Assembly: GCA_012522015.1 (NCBI GenBank)
Contig: JAAYLD010000066.1
Location: 1-63,822 of the forward strand
Reading direction: 5' to 3'
Length of the DNA: 63,822 nt
Origin: Clostridiales bacterium
GTDB lineage: Bacteria; Bacillota; Clostridia; Oscillospirales; CAG-272
A model generated the notes under the pieces. The model was given only the letters and a program-made list of their open reading frames with translations. It had not been told where the DNA came from and did no database searches. Both the position numbers and the translations under genes were made by a program. Below are positions 38,285-49,194 of the stretch, one piece after another (within the stretch, counting starts at the first letter, position 1; every line of letters starts with the position of its first letter).

Positions 38285-38518
38285 ATGTTTGATGAGATTA
38301 AAAAAATTCTCGCTGAGGAGCTGCAGGTTAATGAAGATCTGATAACAATGGACGCGGAGCTTGCAAACGACCTCGGTGTTAATTCCATTGAGCTTGCTGA
38401 TCTTGTTATGACATGTGAAGATAAATTTAACATTGAGATAAATGAGGACGATATTGGTAAGTTTATTACTGTTGGTGATATCGTCAATTATATGGAAGCT
38501 CTCAAAGACGAGAAATAA
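38285..38518 (+). CDS. Acyl carrier protein, atypical NSI motif
   Basis: 77 aa acidic four-helix ACP pattern; phosphopantetheine site LGVNSIELADL; RBS AAAGGAG. Confidence 0.9.
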   Translation: MFDEIKKILAEELQVNEDLITMDAELANDLGVNSIELADLVMTCEDKFNIEINEDDIGKFITVGDIVNYMEALKDEK

Positions 38519-38589
38519 TAGGTTTTACTTTGCGCTTTGACTACGCTACATAGCGCTGTATAGAGTGTGATTATAATATAAAATGATAG

Positions 38590-38630
38590 ATACCGAGAAT
38601 AGCTTAATTTTAGCTTCTCGGTATTTTTTT
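38590..38630 (+). terminator. Terminator after the ACP gene
   Basis: ATACCGAGAA...TTCTCGGTAT followed by a T tract. Confidence 0.75.
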
Positions 38631-38701
38631 GCTTTAATGCCGCGGAGCGAATGTGCAGAATGAAAATTTGCCGGTAAGTTATTATTTAAACATAGCAGTG
38701 C

Positions 38702-38730
38702 TTGACACTACCGAATTATGGCAATATAAT
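38702..38730 (+). promoter_or_regulatory. Sigma-A promoter upstream of the XRE regulator
   Basis: TTGACA-17 nt-TATAAT. A CAAC-N5-GTTG palindrome at 38770-38782 overlaps a second TTGACA. Confidence 0.65.
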
Positions 38731-38892
38731 AACAATATCGGATATGTAAATGGTAAAAATGAAGTAATGCAACCCACAGTTGACACATTTCAAGCTGTCG
38801 TTTGGTAGTCTGTAACTTGGAAATAAGATATATTTGATGCAGATGGATGGCGTGATGTCATCCGAGATAATATCCGGAGGTTTTAATATAAC

Positions 38893-39877
38893 ATGATTCT
38901 TGCTGATAAAATTATCAGACTGCGAAAAAAGTATGGCTGGTCGCAGGAAGAGCTGGCAGAGAAAATGAATGTGTCCCGTCAGGCGGTATCTAAGTGGGAG
39001 GCAACGCAGACTACTCCAGATCTTGAGAAGATTCTTCAGCTGAGTGCGCTATTTGGCGTGACGACGGATTATTTGCTTAAGGATGAAATTGAAGACGAAG
39101 AATACACAGACGATGCAAATGATACAAACGTCAAAAGACTTTCACTTTCTGATGCGAATGCGTTTATTGAATGGCGAAAAACTGCGTCTGTTCAAATAGC
39201 CATCGCAACAATGCTTTGTATTGTGTCCATAATACCACTGCTTATCCTTACGTCTGCGTCGGCGCTAACGTTTTTTAACATGTCGGAAAATTTGGCAGGC
39301 GGAATGGGAATTATATCGCTGTTTTTGTTTGTTTCAGTTGCCGTTGTTATTTTTACTTCTGTTAGATTTAAAAATAAGCCATACGAATTTCTTGATAATG
39401 AATACTTTGAAACCGAGTATGGCGTTGTTGGAATGGTTAAGGAAAGGCAAAAAGCATACCGTAACACTTATGCCAGGACAAATATTATTGCTATCTTTTT
39501 GTGTATAATCTCTCCGGTTCCTCTTTTATGCAGTTCATTTTTTGATAATGAATTTATAAGCGTTCTTTTATTGTCATTGACAATACTAACAGCAGGCGTA
39601 GGCGCTATGCTGCTCATCATTGCCGAGGTCAGATGGGCAAGTATGCAGAAAATATTAAAAGAGGGTGACTACTCACAAAAAGAGAAGAAGAAAAGTAAAG
39701 TCAAAGGAACTGTTGCACTTTTATATTGGCTCATTGTAGTAGCAATATACCTTGCTATTATATACCTCTAACGAGAAATATCATAACGGCTGGGTTATAT
39801 GGCCGTTTTCAGGCGTTTTGTTTGTAGTAGTAATGGTGCTTTGTGATTTTCTTGAAGACAGGTTCGATAGGTGGTAA
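38893..39877 (+). CDS. XRE/Cro-C1 HTH regulator with C-terminal membrane domain; last helix frameshifted
   Basis: IIRLRKKYGWSQEELAEKMNVSRQAVSKWE HTH. The ORF stops at 39771, but the +1 frame continues GWVIWPFSGVLFVVVMVLCDF to TAA at 39877. Confidence 0.85.
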
Positions 39878-40058
39878 ATTAGCATTTTAATAAGCCTGAG
39901 ACTGCAGAACATTTGCATATGCTTTGAATAAGTATCTTACAGCAAAAAGCGGCGTAACCTCATTTAATTTAAAGGTTACACCGCAGAGGGGCGCAATAAT
40001 TTTATAACTTTAGGCTTCCTTTGATGAGGAAGCCTTTATATTTGTGTATTACTAACTA

Positions 40059-41297
40059 TTAGCCGCGCATGATGGACTCTATTTCGTCAATAGAACGCGG
40101 TGTGCATGCGGACAGGTTTTCACAGCCATCTTCTGTGATAAGGCAGTTGTCCTCAAGGCGGAAGCCGATACCCCATTCCTCGACGTAAATGCCTACATCA
40201 ACGCAGAACACCATACCCGGGCGAAGCTCGCCTTTTGCGTCAACCATATCATGTGTATCAAAGCCTACATGGTGTGCACCACCATGCCACATGTAACGGC
40301 CTTTGTTTTCAGGTTTATCGAGCAGGCCTATATCACAAAGAAGTTGAGCACAATAACGGTGAATTTCCTCATCGACGAAATTCATCGGGAGCCCCGGTTT
40401 TAAAATTTCAAACATATGATTTGATGTTTCATAAGCACACTCATAAAGAGCACGCTGACGGGGCGAATATTTGCCATTACACGGCCAGCCGCGTGAAACA
40501 TCGGTGTGCATGTGGTCATATTTAGCGCCGACATCGTTTAAAATCATGTCGCCGTCGTTTGCACGGCCCATATAACCGTAATAATGGATGCAGAAGTTGT
40601 TCGCACCCGCCGATATTATCGAAGGGAATGCGGGGTAAACGCAACCGCGTTTGGCGAGGGCATAATCAAACTCCGCTCTGTATTCATATTCATACATACC
40701 GGGCTTTGACGCGCGCATCATGGCAATAATGCCGTCCCGTGTTATAGTTTCGGCAACTCGCATTGCTTCTATCTCACACGGTGCTTTAATTGTGCGCTGT
40801 GCGCGAAGCTGCGGGCGAATGTCGTGGATGTTATTGGCTATGTTTGGTAAAAGCGAACGCATACGTGCCTGAAACTCAAGCTGCGATGCGTTGTTCGCTT
40901 TCATATCATCTATGTCAAGGGCAAGAGTATTACAGCCAAGAGCTGCTGTTTTTACGTAATCATCAAGTTCAGATGTGCTCTTTATATCCTTGCAGCCGGA
41001 GATATCGTATGCTTCATTTGTCGTTAAGCGGCGGCCTGTCCAGCGTTCCGCTATCAGGTCGGACGGCAGAAGGAAAAGGGTTTCCGAGACATCACCTGCA
41101 CTGCGTTTGACGGCGATGAGGACGGAATTAACCTGTTCAATGCCTGTTAAGTATAAAAAGTTTGTGTCGGCGTAGAAAATATAATCTTCATCAGCGGTTT
41201 TTCTTATGTGCGATCCGGAAAATACGGCAAGCAGTGTGCCGTCAGGAAGAGAATCATATAGCCGCGATCTGTTTGCAGAATAAAAAGACGAATGCAT
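40059..41297 (-). CDS. pepP: Xaa-Pro aminopeptidase (M24B)
   Basis: AMP_N region (NFLYLTGI), DVGAKY...TDVSRGW, HHVGFDTHD and FRLEDNCLIT motifs. Confidence 0.9.
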   Translation of the reverse strand: MHSSFYSANRSRLYDSLPDGTLLAVFSGSHIRKTADEDYIFYADTNFLYLTGIEQVNSVLIAVKRSAGDVSETLFLLPSDLIAERWTGRRLTTNEAYDISGCKDIKSTSELDDYVKTAALGCNTLALDIDDMKANNASQLEFQARMRSLLPNIANNIHDIRPQLRAQRTIKAPCEIEAMRVAETITRDGIIAMMRASKPGMYEYEYRAEFDYALAKRGCVYPAFPSIISAGANNFCIHYYGYMGRANDGDMILNDVGAKYDHMHTDVSRGWPCNGKYSPRQRALYECAYETSNHMFEILKPGLPMNFVDEEIHRYCAQLLCDIGLLDKPENKGRYMWHGGAHHVGFDTHDMVDAKGELRPGMVFCVDVGIYVEEWGIGFRLEDNCLITEDGCENLSACTPRSIDEIESIMRG

Positions 41298-41637
41298 AAC
41301 AGTAAAATCCCCCGTCGGGCTGATAAACAGCCGGTATTTTATGAAATAATTTTATAGTTATTATACCACTGATGAAAAGAAAAGCAATGTTATTGTAGAA
41401 ATGTGCTGCAATAAATACATAAAGCAAAATTATGACGCCTGACGTAAAAAGACAGGGTGCATCCGCTTTAATTATTTTATGTAATTAACTGTTTTTGTGT
41501 TTAAAGATAGGACTTTGTATGATATAATTATACTAAAGATGGCCAGATAGAGCCATGTTGAATTAGTTATGCAAAAGCATAACATAATTCGACAATATAA
41601 TACAATTGTAAAAAATCAAAATGGCGAGGCTTGTCTC

Positions 41638-44100
41638 ATGAGAAAGATTGCATACGAAAAAGGACGCCTTCCACATGGCTTTAATCTTGATGCGCTCCCG
41701 CGCACACCGCTGCCTGAATTCGACCGGATTTGCCGGCGTGCTGCAGCGGAAGGGATAGTACTGTTGCGCAACGAGAATAATACGCTGCCTTTGCGCCGTG
41801 GCGAGACAGTTTCGCTGTTCGGACGCGCTCAACTTGATTATGTCAAATCCGGCACAGGCTCCGGTGGGCTTGTGCATCCGCCGTATGTGATTAATATTGT
41901 CGATGGTTTAATTGAGAACGGCAGTGTAAAGCTTAACGAGGAGCTTTTATCAAAATACCGCGAGTGGATTCGGGAGAACCCGTACGACAACGGTCATGGC
42001 TGGGCAACTGAACCGTGGAGTCAGAAGGAATATGTTCCTGACGAGGAGCTTGTCAGGCGGGCGGCAGCATCATCCGACGCAGCCGTTATCGTAATAGGGC
42101 GTACGGCGGGCGAGGACCGCGATATCACAGGTGACAAGGGTAGCTATAACCTCTCAGATGAAGAGCGTGAGCTACTTCGCCTTGTCACAAGCCATTTTAA
42201 GCGCGTTGTCGTCGCGCTTAACGTGGGCGGTATTATTGATATGAAGTGGGTCGATGAATACAAAATCGGCGCTGTTATTTACCTCTGGCAGGGCGGTCAG
42301 GAAGGTGGACGTGCCGCGGCTGATGTTCTGACGGGCGTTGTATCTCCATGCGGCAAGCTTGCGGACACAATAGCTTACGATATAACGGATTATCCGTCCC
42401 ACAAAAATTTCGGTGGGGATAATTACAACCTTTATGAAGAAGATATTTACGTCGGTTACAGGTATTTTGAGACATTTGCGCCCGATCGCGTGATGTTCCC
42501 ATTCGGCTTTGGTCTGTCTTACACGACGTTTAAGCTGTCATGTGATAAAGTTACTGTTAGGGGCGGCAAGCGCGGCGGCAGAATATATGCAGACATAACG
42601 GTCGTAAACACTGGTAGTATGCCCGGGCGTGAGGTTGTTCAGATATATTTCGAAGCGCCGCAGGGGGTGCTTGGCAAGCCGGCGCGTGTACTTTGCGCTT
42701 TCGGAAAGACGAAAACGATTCTCCCGGGCGGAAGTCAAAAAATACAGCTTTCGTTTCCGATATCATCAATGGCGTCATATGATGACGGAGGTTTTACAGG
42801 CTATAAATCGTCTTACGTTCTTGAAGCGGGCGATTATCACATTTACGCAGGTGCCGATGTCCGCTCGGCGGAGCGTATTTTCACATATAATGTGCCGAAA
42901 ACTATTGTCACACAGCGCCTGACGGAAGCAATGTCACCGTCGCGCGAGTTTTATAGAATAAAGCCGGGTGAAAAAATAACTACTGAGGGAACAGATAAGC
43001 CCATACGTTATAGCCTTGTACGCGAACGTGTGCCGATGCGCTCGTATGATGTTTGTGCGCGCATTGAAAAGGCACGGGAATCGATACTGGAGCATAAATA
43101 TACGGGCGACGTGGGAATTAAACTTCGTGACGTATATTTAGGCAACAGTACAATTGATGAGTTTATTGCGCAGCTTACGAACGAAGAGCTTGCCGCGCTG
43201 TCACGTGGTGAGGGCATAAACAGCAAAAGGCGTAGCGATGTATGGACGACAGCAGTTATAGGTGGTGTCACCGATTCGCTTGTCGAAAAAGGGATACCTG
43301 TATCAACAAATACAGATGGGCCGTCGGGCATTCGCAGCGATTCGGGAGAGCAGGCGACGCTCATGCCGTGCGGCACGCTTATCGGCTGCACATGGGACAC
43401 AGCTCTTGCCGAAGAAATGTTCATCTATGAAGGTCTTGAGCTTCGGGCGCGCGGTCTTGATGCGCTGCTCGGGCCGGGAATGAACATACACCGGCATCCG
43501 TATAACGGGCGCAACTTTGAATATTTCTCGGAGGATCCGCTTCTGACAGGGAAAATGGCTGCGGCGGAGACGCGCGGCGCGGAACGGTGCGGTGTGTCGA
43601 CAACGCTGAAGCATTTTGCCGCCAACAATCAGGAAAAACGCCGCCACGACTGCGATTCTGTTATGAGCGAGCGTGCGGCACGCGAGATATACCTTCGTGG
43701 TTTTGAGATAGCAGTAAGGGAAGGTAACGCCCGCGCCATAATGACGTCATATAACCCCATAAACGGCATATACAGCGCCGGAAACTACGATCTTTTGACG
43801 ACAATTCTGCGTGGCGAATGGGGATTTACCGGTTTTGTTATGACAGACTGGTGGGCAAAGGTTAATTATGTCGGCTGTGTCGGCTCACAAAAAGCGCGAG
43901 GCGCTATGGTGCGGGCACAAAACGATGTTTATATGGTAGTATCAAACGCCGAAGCGGAAAATGACAGTGAAAATGGAGACGACATTCTGTCGTGCCTTTC
44001 GGCGGGGATTATTACACGCGGGGAGCTTGAGAGAAACGCTAAAAACATTCTTAATTATATAATGAAGACACCGACGTTTGAAAAAACTCTCATAAGATGA
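41638..44100 (+). CDS. GH3 beta-glucosidase/xylosidase, inverted domain order
   Basis: Sandwich domain first (AAAEGIVLLRNE, GRTAGED), then Fn3 (PFGFGLSYTTF, GREVVQIY), then the catalytic barrel (DGPSGIR, KHFAANNQE, VMTDWW). Confidence 0.93.
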   Translation: MRKIAYEKGRLPHGFNLDALPRTPLPEFDRICRRAAAEGIVLLRNENNTLPLRRGETVSLFGRAQLDYVKSGTGSGGLVHPPYVINIVDGLIENGSVKLNEELLSKYREWIRENPYDNGHGWATEPWSQKEYVPDEELVRRAAASSDAAVIVIGRTAGEDRDITGDKGSYNLSDEERELLRLVTSHFKRVVVALNVGGIIDMKWVDEYKIGAVIYLWQGGQEGGRAAADVLTGVVSPCGKLADTIAYDITDYPSHKNFGGDNYNLYEEDIYVGYRYFETFAPDRVMFPFGFGLSYTTFKLSCDKVTVRGGKRGGRIYADITVVNTGSMPGREVVQIYFEAPQGVLGKPARVLCAFGKTKTILPGGSQKIQLSFPISSMASYDDGGFTGYKSSYVLEAGDYHIYAGADVRSAERIFTYNVPKTIVTQRLTEAMSPSREFYRIKPGEKITTEGTDKPIRYSLVRERVPMRSYDVCARIEKARESILEHKYTGDVGIKLRDVYLGNSTIDEFIAQLTNEELAALSRGEGINSKRRSDVWTTAVIGGVTDSLVEKGIPVSTNTDGPSGIRSDSGEQATLMPCGTLIGCTWDTALAEEMFIYEGLELRARGLDALLGPGMNIHRHPYNGRNFEYFSEDPLLTGKMAAAETRGAERCGVSTTLKHFAANNQEKRRHDCDSVMSERAAREIYLRGFEIAVREGNARAIMTSYNPINGIYSAGNYDLLTTILRGEWGFTGFVMTDWWAKVNYVGCVGSQKARGAMVRAQNDVYMVVSNAEAENDSENGDDILSCLSAGIITRGELERNAKNILNYIMKTPTFEKTLIR

Positions 44101-44140
44101 ATTTTATCAATCACAAAACCAAATAATATTTAAACATAAG

Positions 44141-44178
44141 AAAAAACCGCTTTGGCACGGCTGCCAAAGCGGTTTTTT
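44141..44178. terminator. Bidirectional terminator between GH3 and clpX
   Basis: AAAAAACCGCTTTGGCA-CGGC-TGCCAAAGCGGTTTTTT. Confidence 0.88.
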
Positions 44179-44209
44179 ATTTTAATACATATTGAGTTGT
44201 GTTGTTAAA

Positions 44210-45478
44210 TTATGCTGAATACTTGTATATCGGCTCTCCAATGCCACGCATTGCGGCGTCGGTAATGACAACGCTGACGACGCCTGTGAGTGATGGCGCG
44301 TCAAACATAACTGGTTCCATCACCTTCTCAAGAATGTTGCGAAGACCGCGGGCACCGGTGTTTCGTTCAATGGCAAGCGATGCTGCTGTACGAAGCGCCG
44401 ATTTCTCAAACTCAAGCTTAATTCCGTCCATCTCAAAGAGCTTCTTGTACTGCTTTACAAGGCTGTTTTTCGGCTCCGACAGAATGCGGATGAGAGCTTC
44501 CTCATCAAGATCGTCAAGGGCAACAATAACCGGCAAGCGTCCAACAAGCTCAGGTATCAAACCGTATTTAATAAGATCGTGCGGTATAACGTCATGAAAA
44601 GTACCCTTGCCTTTCTTGCTCTTTATATCGCTGCAGAATCCGATACTATTGCTACCGAGACGCTTACCAATAACATCGGCAAGTCCGTCGAAAGCACCTC
44701 CGCATATAAACAGAATGTTTTCTGTGTTTATTTGTATGAATTCCTGATTCGGGTGTTTTCGTCCGCCCTGAGGGGGAACGTTAGATATTGTGCCCTCAAG
44801 TATTTTTAGCAGCGCCTGCTGTACACCCTCACCCGATACATCGCGTGTTATGCTGCGGTTTTCGCTGCGCCTTGAAATCTTGTCAATTTCATCAATATAT
44901 ATGATGCCGCGCTCAGCCTTTTCAATATCGTAATCGGCAGCTTGTATGAGGCGCAGGAGGATGTTTTCAACGTCCTCACCAACATAACCAGCCTCCGTGA
45001 GTGTTGTAGCATCGGCAATGGCAAAGGGAACCTGAAGTATTTTAGCGAGCGTCTGTGCAAGATAAGTCTTGCCGACACCGGTTGGGCCGAGGAGCAAAAC
45101 ATTGCTTTTTTGAATTTCAACAGTATCGTCCTCATCTTCAACCCGCCTGCTTCGTGGACGATGGCTAAGTATGCGTTTATAGTGATTGTAAACGGCGACT
45201 GACAGCGCACGTTTAGCAGCATCCTGACCGATGACATATTCGTCAAGCGTTGCCTTGATCTCGTGCGGTTTTGGCAGCGTTTCATAGGTTATCCCATCAA
45301 CTGACGGATTGTACCTTAGTTGGCTGTCTATTATGTCGTTACAGAGTTCAACGCACCGGTCGCATATATAAAGTCCCGTTGACGATGGTATTAGAAAAAG
45401 AACCTGGCTTTCCGGGCGTTCGCAGAATGAGCATTTTCGCTCAATACGCCGTGTCGTGATTCCGTTGTTAGCGGGCAT
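44210..45478 (-). CDS. clpX: ATP-dependent Clp protease ATP-binding subunit
   Basis: C4 zinc finger, [27 protein letters not shown] and GARGLR motifs. Confidence 0.98.
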   Translation of the reverse strand: MPANNGITTRRIERKCSFCERPESQVLFLIPSSTGLYICDRCVELCNDIIDSQLRYNPSVDGITYETLPKPHEIKATLDEYVIGQDAAKRALSVAVYNHYKRILSHRPRSRRVEDEDDTVEIQKSNVLLLGPTGVGKTYLAQTLAKILQVPFAIADATTLTEAGYVGEDVENILLRLIQAADYDIEKAERGIIYIDEIDKISRRSENRSITRDVSGEGVQQALLKILEGTISNVPPQGGRKHPNQEFIQINTENILFICGGAFDGLADVIGKRLGSNSIGFCSDIKSKKGKGTFHDVIPHDLIKYGLIPELVGRLPVIVALDDLDEEALIRILSEPKNSLVKQYKKLFEMDGIKLEFEKSALRTAASLAIERNTGARGLRNILEKVMEPVMFDAPSLTGVVSVVITDAAMRGIGEPIYKYSA

Positions 45479-45542
45479 ATTAAAGATACCTCCGGTGCCG
45501 CCGCGGGCGGCTTATTAATTGTTGCGTTATTTTTTGTTTGTT

Positions 45543-46133
45543 TTACATCAAGGACTTAGAAACTATAATCCTGTCGATAAGGCCGTATTCAAGAGCTTCT
45601 TCAGCGGTCATGAAGTTGTCGCGGTCGGTGTCGCGCTCGATAGTTTTAAGCGGCTTACCGGTGTTTTGTGAAAGGATGCGGTTAAGTCTTGCGCGTGTCT
45701 TAAGAATGTGATCGGCGTGTATTTTTATATCGGTTGCCTGACCCTGCATACCGCCAAGCGGCTGATGGATGAGCATTTCACTGTTCGGAAGTGCAAAGCG
45801 CTTTCCCTTTGTACCGGAAGAGAGCAGGAAAGCACCCATGCTTGCAGCCATACCCATACAGATTGTAGAAACATCGCACTTGATAAAGTTCATTGTGTCA
45901 TAAATCGCAAGGCCGGCTGATACTGAACCGCCGGGTGAATTTATATAAAGCGAAATATCCTTGTCCGGATCCTGGGCTTCAAGGAAAAGAAGCTGTGCGA
46001 TTACAAGTGATGATGTTACATCGTTGATTTCATCGGTGAGGAATATAATGCGTTCATTTAAAAGACGAGAATATATATCATAAGCGCGTTCTCCTCGGTT
46101 TGTCTGCTCTATTACTGTTGGGACCAGTGGCAT
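45543..46133 (-). CDS. clpP: ATP-dependent Clp protease proteolytic subunit
   Basis: [22 protein letters not shown] and HQPLGG motifs. Confidence 0.98.
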   Translation of the reverse strand: MPLVPTVIEQTNRGERAYDIYSRLLNERIIFLTDEINDVTSSLVIAQLLFLEAQDPDKDISLYINSPGGSVSAGLAIYDTMNFIKCDVSTICMGMAASMGAFLLSSGTKGKRFALPNSEMLIHQPLGGMQGQATDIKIHADHILKTRARLNRILSQNTGKPLKTIERDTDRDNFMTAEEALEYGLIDRIIVSKSLM

Positions 46134-46303
46134 ATTGATACCTCCATCTGTTAGTATTATTTTTCTTTTTATTTAAGCCCCGTTGTTATTATATTATTAT
46201 ATCATAGAAAAAGTCTTCGGTGACGATGTCATTGTCACACAAAAAGAAAAATAAGCCGCCGTAAAGAAAGGCGGCATTTGTTTTGTTATCCGGTGCCGCC
46301 CTT

Positions 46304-47638
46304 TTATTCTGCGGCATCAGTGCCGTCGCCGGACGCTTCATTGTTGTCCTCAGGCTGCTTTTCGGTCACAACAGCGGCCGCTTTGACAAGCTCGATCGCC
46401 TTTTTTAAACGGAGATCGGCTTTAATGTCCTCTGCGGAAAGGGCTTCTTTGACCTTTTCAAGCTCCACCGAATAAAGCGACGCCATACGTGAAAACTCGG
46501 CTTCAACTTCCTCGTCTGATACCTCGATATTCTCAATTTCGGCTATCTTCTCAAGAGCTAAGCGCGTCTTGACCTGACGGATTGCCGTTGGCCTCATCTG
46601 TGCGCGAAGCTGGACGAGCGTCTGCCCGGTATATTTGAGATAGGTGTTTAAATCAAGGCCCTGGCTTCGCATACGCAAGTCGTAGTCGCGCAGGATGTTT
46701 TCCGTTTCAGCTTCATAATAAGGTTCCGGAATATCTCCCTTGACTATTTCAACAAGGCGGTCAATCAGTTGGGCTTCAACAGCCGCGTCGGCAGATTTTT
46801 CTTTCCGCTCTGTGATTTTTGCCTTCATATCGGCACGATATTCATCAAGAGTATCAAATTCCGAAACATCTTTTGCAAATTCGTCGTCAAGCGCGGGAAG
46901 TTCCTCGTGTTTTATACTGTTAAGCTTAACTTTAAATACCGCTGATTTACCAGCAAGCTTATTATCATGATATTTTTCGGGGAACGTGACGTTTACATCA
47001 AACTCATCGCATATGGAGTGACCGACAATTTGATCCTCAAAACCAGGGATGAAGTAACCCGAGCCAAGTTTTAAAATATGACTCTTATCAGCACCGCCAT
47101 CAAAAGGAACACCGTCAATTAAACCTTCGTAGTCAATGTTGACGATATCACCATTTTCTGCGGGGCGGTCAGTTATATCGATTTCGCGGGCGTTGCGCTC
47201 GCGGACATGTTCTATTTCGTGATCAACCTCGTCGTCGGTTACAACGACAGGAACTTTAGTTGCTTCGATACCCTTATATCCTTCTATTTCGATTTCAGGT
47301 TTAACATATACAACGGCTTTGAGTACAAGCCCGTTTTCATCGATTGATACTACGTCAAATTCAGGGCGACCGACAGGCTCAATACCAGCGGTACGAACAG
47401 CTTCCTCGTAATTTTCTGGCAAAAGCTCATTGATGGCATCTTCATAGAAGAAGCCCTTTCCATACATCTTCTCGACAATGGAACGTGGAGCCTTACCAAG
47501 GCGGAAGCCGGGAACGTTTATTTTACCGATATTTTTACGATAAGAACGGTTTATGGCCGCTTCAAAAACGTCCGGTTCAATTTTAAACTGCAGCTCGTAT
47601 TTACTGCCCTCGATTTTCTCTGATTTTGTCAGCGTCAT
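46304..47638 (-). CDS. tig: Trigger factor
   Basis: PGFRLGKAP signature, FKBP domain (FIPGFEDQIVG); upstream of clpPX. Confidence 0.97.
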   Translation of the reverse strand: MTLTKSEKIEGSKYELQFKIEPDVFEAAINRSYRKNIGKINVPGFRLGKAPRSIVEKMYGKGFFYEDAINELLPENYEEAVRTAGIEPVGRPEFDVVSIDENGLVLKAVVYVKPEIEIEGYKGIEATKVPVVVTDDEVDHEIEHVRERNAREIDITDRPAENGDIVNIDYEGLIDGVPFDGGADKSHILKLGSGYFIPGFEDQIVGHSICDEFDVNVTFPEKYHDNKLAGKSAVFKVKLNSIKHEELPALDDEFAKDVSEFDTLDEYRADMKAKITERKEKSADAAVEAQLIDRLVEIVKGDIPEPYYEAETENILRDYDLRMRSQGLDLNTYLKYTGQTLVQLRAQMRPTAIRQVKTRLALEKIAEIENIEVSDEEVEAEFSRMASLYSVELEKVKEALSAEDIKADLRLKKAIELVKAAAVVTEKQPEDNNEASGDGTDAAE

Positions 47639-47687
47639 TATGCGGCAATTCCTCCAAATATGATCCTATTTTTACGACATCCGCTAT

Positions 47688-47716
47688 ATTATATTACTTA
47701 AAAAAATACTTGTCAA
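47688..47716 (-). promoter_or_regulatory. Sigma-A promoter of tig
   Basis: Perfect TTGACA-17 nt-TATAAT on the minus strand. Confidence 0.8.
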
Positions 47717-47791
47717 CACAAAAGCATAATAAACATTAGTGAATATATACCTTAATTATTGTCTAATAGGATGATTTTTCGTATGTGGGCA

Positions 47792-48514
47792 TTAGGTGAC
47801 TATGACGGGCGTGAAATTTAAATAATCGGCGGAAATAATTGAAAAGGTAATTCCCTGCAATTCAAATGAGCGCGGGATAGCTGTGTTGCCGTGGATATGC
47901 CCGTAATATACACGGCGAATGCCGGTTTCCTTAAGCACTGAAAGTATCGGCTCACACACTTCACCAAAAAGCACAGCGGGGAAATGCAGAAAAACGCGGA
48001 GAGGAGTCGGATCGCCGCCGGATATTCTAAGACCGGATGCAATGCTCGACCTTAAGCGGGATGCTTCACGAAGGACAATTTTTTCGCAGTCGGTATCAAA
48101 TATCTCCGGCTGGTCATTTGATGAAAAAAACCATCCTCGGGCCCCGCAAATGACAATACCACCTGCATCAAAAGCATTCCCATGCAAAAAGCGGATAGTC
48201 TTTATACCGGACGACTCAAGTGCTTTATTCATTTTCGTTATTGTTGTCCACCAAAAGTCATGATTGCCCTTGCCGATGATTTTTAACCCGGGGAGAGAAT
48301 CAATTATGGATAAGTCTGCGATTGCATCATCGAGCGTCATTGCCCAGGAAATATCACCGGGAATTACGACGGTGTCGGAGTCAGTGACAACGGAGCGCCA
48401 TGTTTTTATGATTTTTGATGTGTGGTCACACCATCGTGAGCCGAATATGTCCATTGATTTGTTAATTGTGTTCCCGCCTGACAAATGAAGATCAGATATT
48501 GCAAATACTGACAC
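47792..48514 (-). CDS. Calcineurin-like metallophosphoesterase
   Basis: SDLH, PGDISW, GNHD, LHFP and GHIH motifs. Confidence 0.9.
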   Translation of the reverse strand: MSVFAISDLHLSGGNTINKSMDIFGSRWCDHTSKIIKTWRSVVTDSDTVVIPGDISWAMTLDDAIADLSIIDSLPGLKIIGKGNHDFWWTTITKMNKALESSGIKTIRFLHGNAFDAGGIVICGARGWFFSSNDQPEIFDTDCEKIVLREASRLRSSIASGLRISGGDPTPLRVFLHFPAVLFGEVCEPILSVLKETGIRRVYYGHIHGNTAIPRSFELQGITFSIISADYLNFTPVIVT

Positions 48515-48715
48515 TATTAACTCCAGTTTTAATCAAATTTTAGATTTATTTTTATAGAGACAAGCGGCAAGCATATGATGTTTTCCGATATACACTTCAT
48601 TTATATAGGGTTGTAAACGAATAAACTTATTAAGCGAAGGCAAAAATAAATGTGTACGAATGAATATAGAGATAAGTCTAAACAGTACTACTTTGCAAAT
48701 GGAGGGACAGAAGAA

Positions 48716-48925
48716 ATGGCTCTTTTTGAACCAACCGAATACTTCAACGTGAATATTAAGGACAAACCGCCAAAGCACATACGCGGGATCGTCTGTGATG
48801 TGAAAAACTGCGTTTACCACGATGGCGATAATTTCTGTACAGCAAACAGAATATCAATAGGGCCAAGCTATGCGACAAGTAGCAGGGATACATTATGCGC
48901 GACGTTCCGTCAGCGGACGTTGTAA
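48716..48925 (+). CDS. DUF1540-like small Cys-rich protein
   Basis: CDVKNCVYH...CTANRISIG...TLCATF pattern; RBS GGAGG before ATG 48716. Confidence 0.8.
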   Translation: MALFEPTEYFNVNIKDKPPKHIRGIVCDVKNCVYHDGDNFCTANRISIGPSYATSSRDTLCATFRQRTL

Positions 48926-49119
48926 AGGCATCTTTACGACGGTTTTTGCGAAAACATAAGCAAAAGCTAAAGTGCCTTTCATAAGAAAAATGGGCGGCGG
49001 AGCCGCTCTTTTTTTATAACATAATGCTTGCATCACAAATCCGCCACGCACATCACAAAGCACTCAGTACACAGCTTATTTTGCCCCTGAAAACTTAAAA
49101 ACAAAAACTTATATCAATT

Positions 49120-49154
49120 CCAAAGCCCTTTTTCGTTGATAAAAAGGGCTTTGG
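49120..49154. terminator. Terminator hairpin downstream of thrC
   Basis: CCAAAGCCCTTTTT-loop-AAAAAGGGCTTTGG. Confidence 0.65.
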
Positions 49155-49194
49155 CAAACTTATCACAACTAAAAAAACGAAGCTTCCTTAAGCA

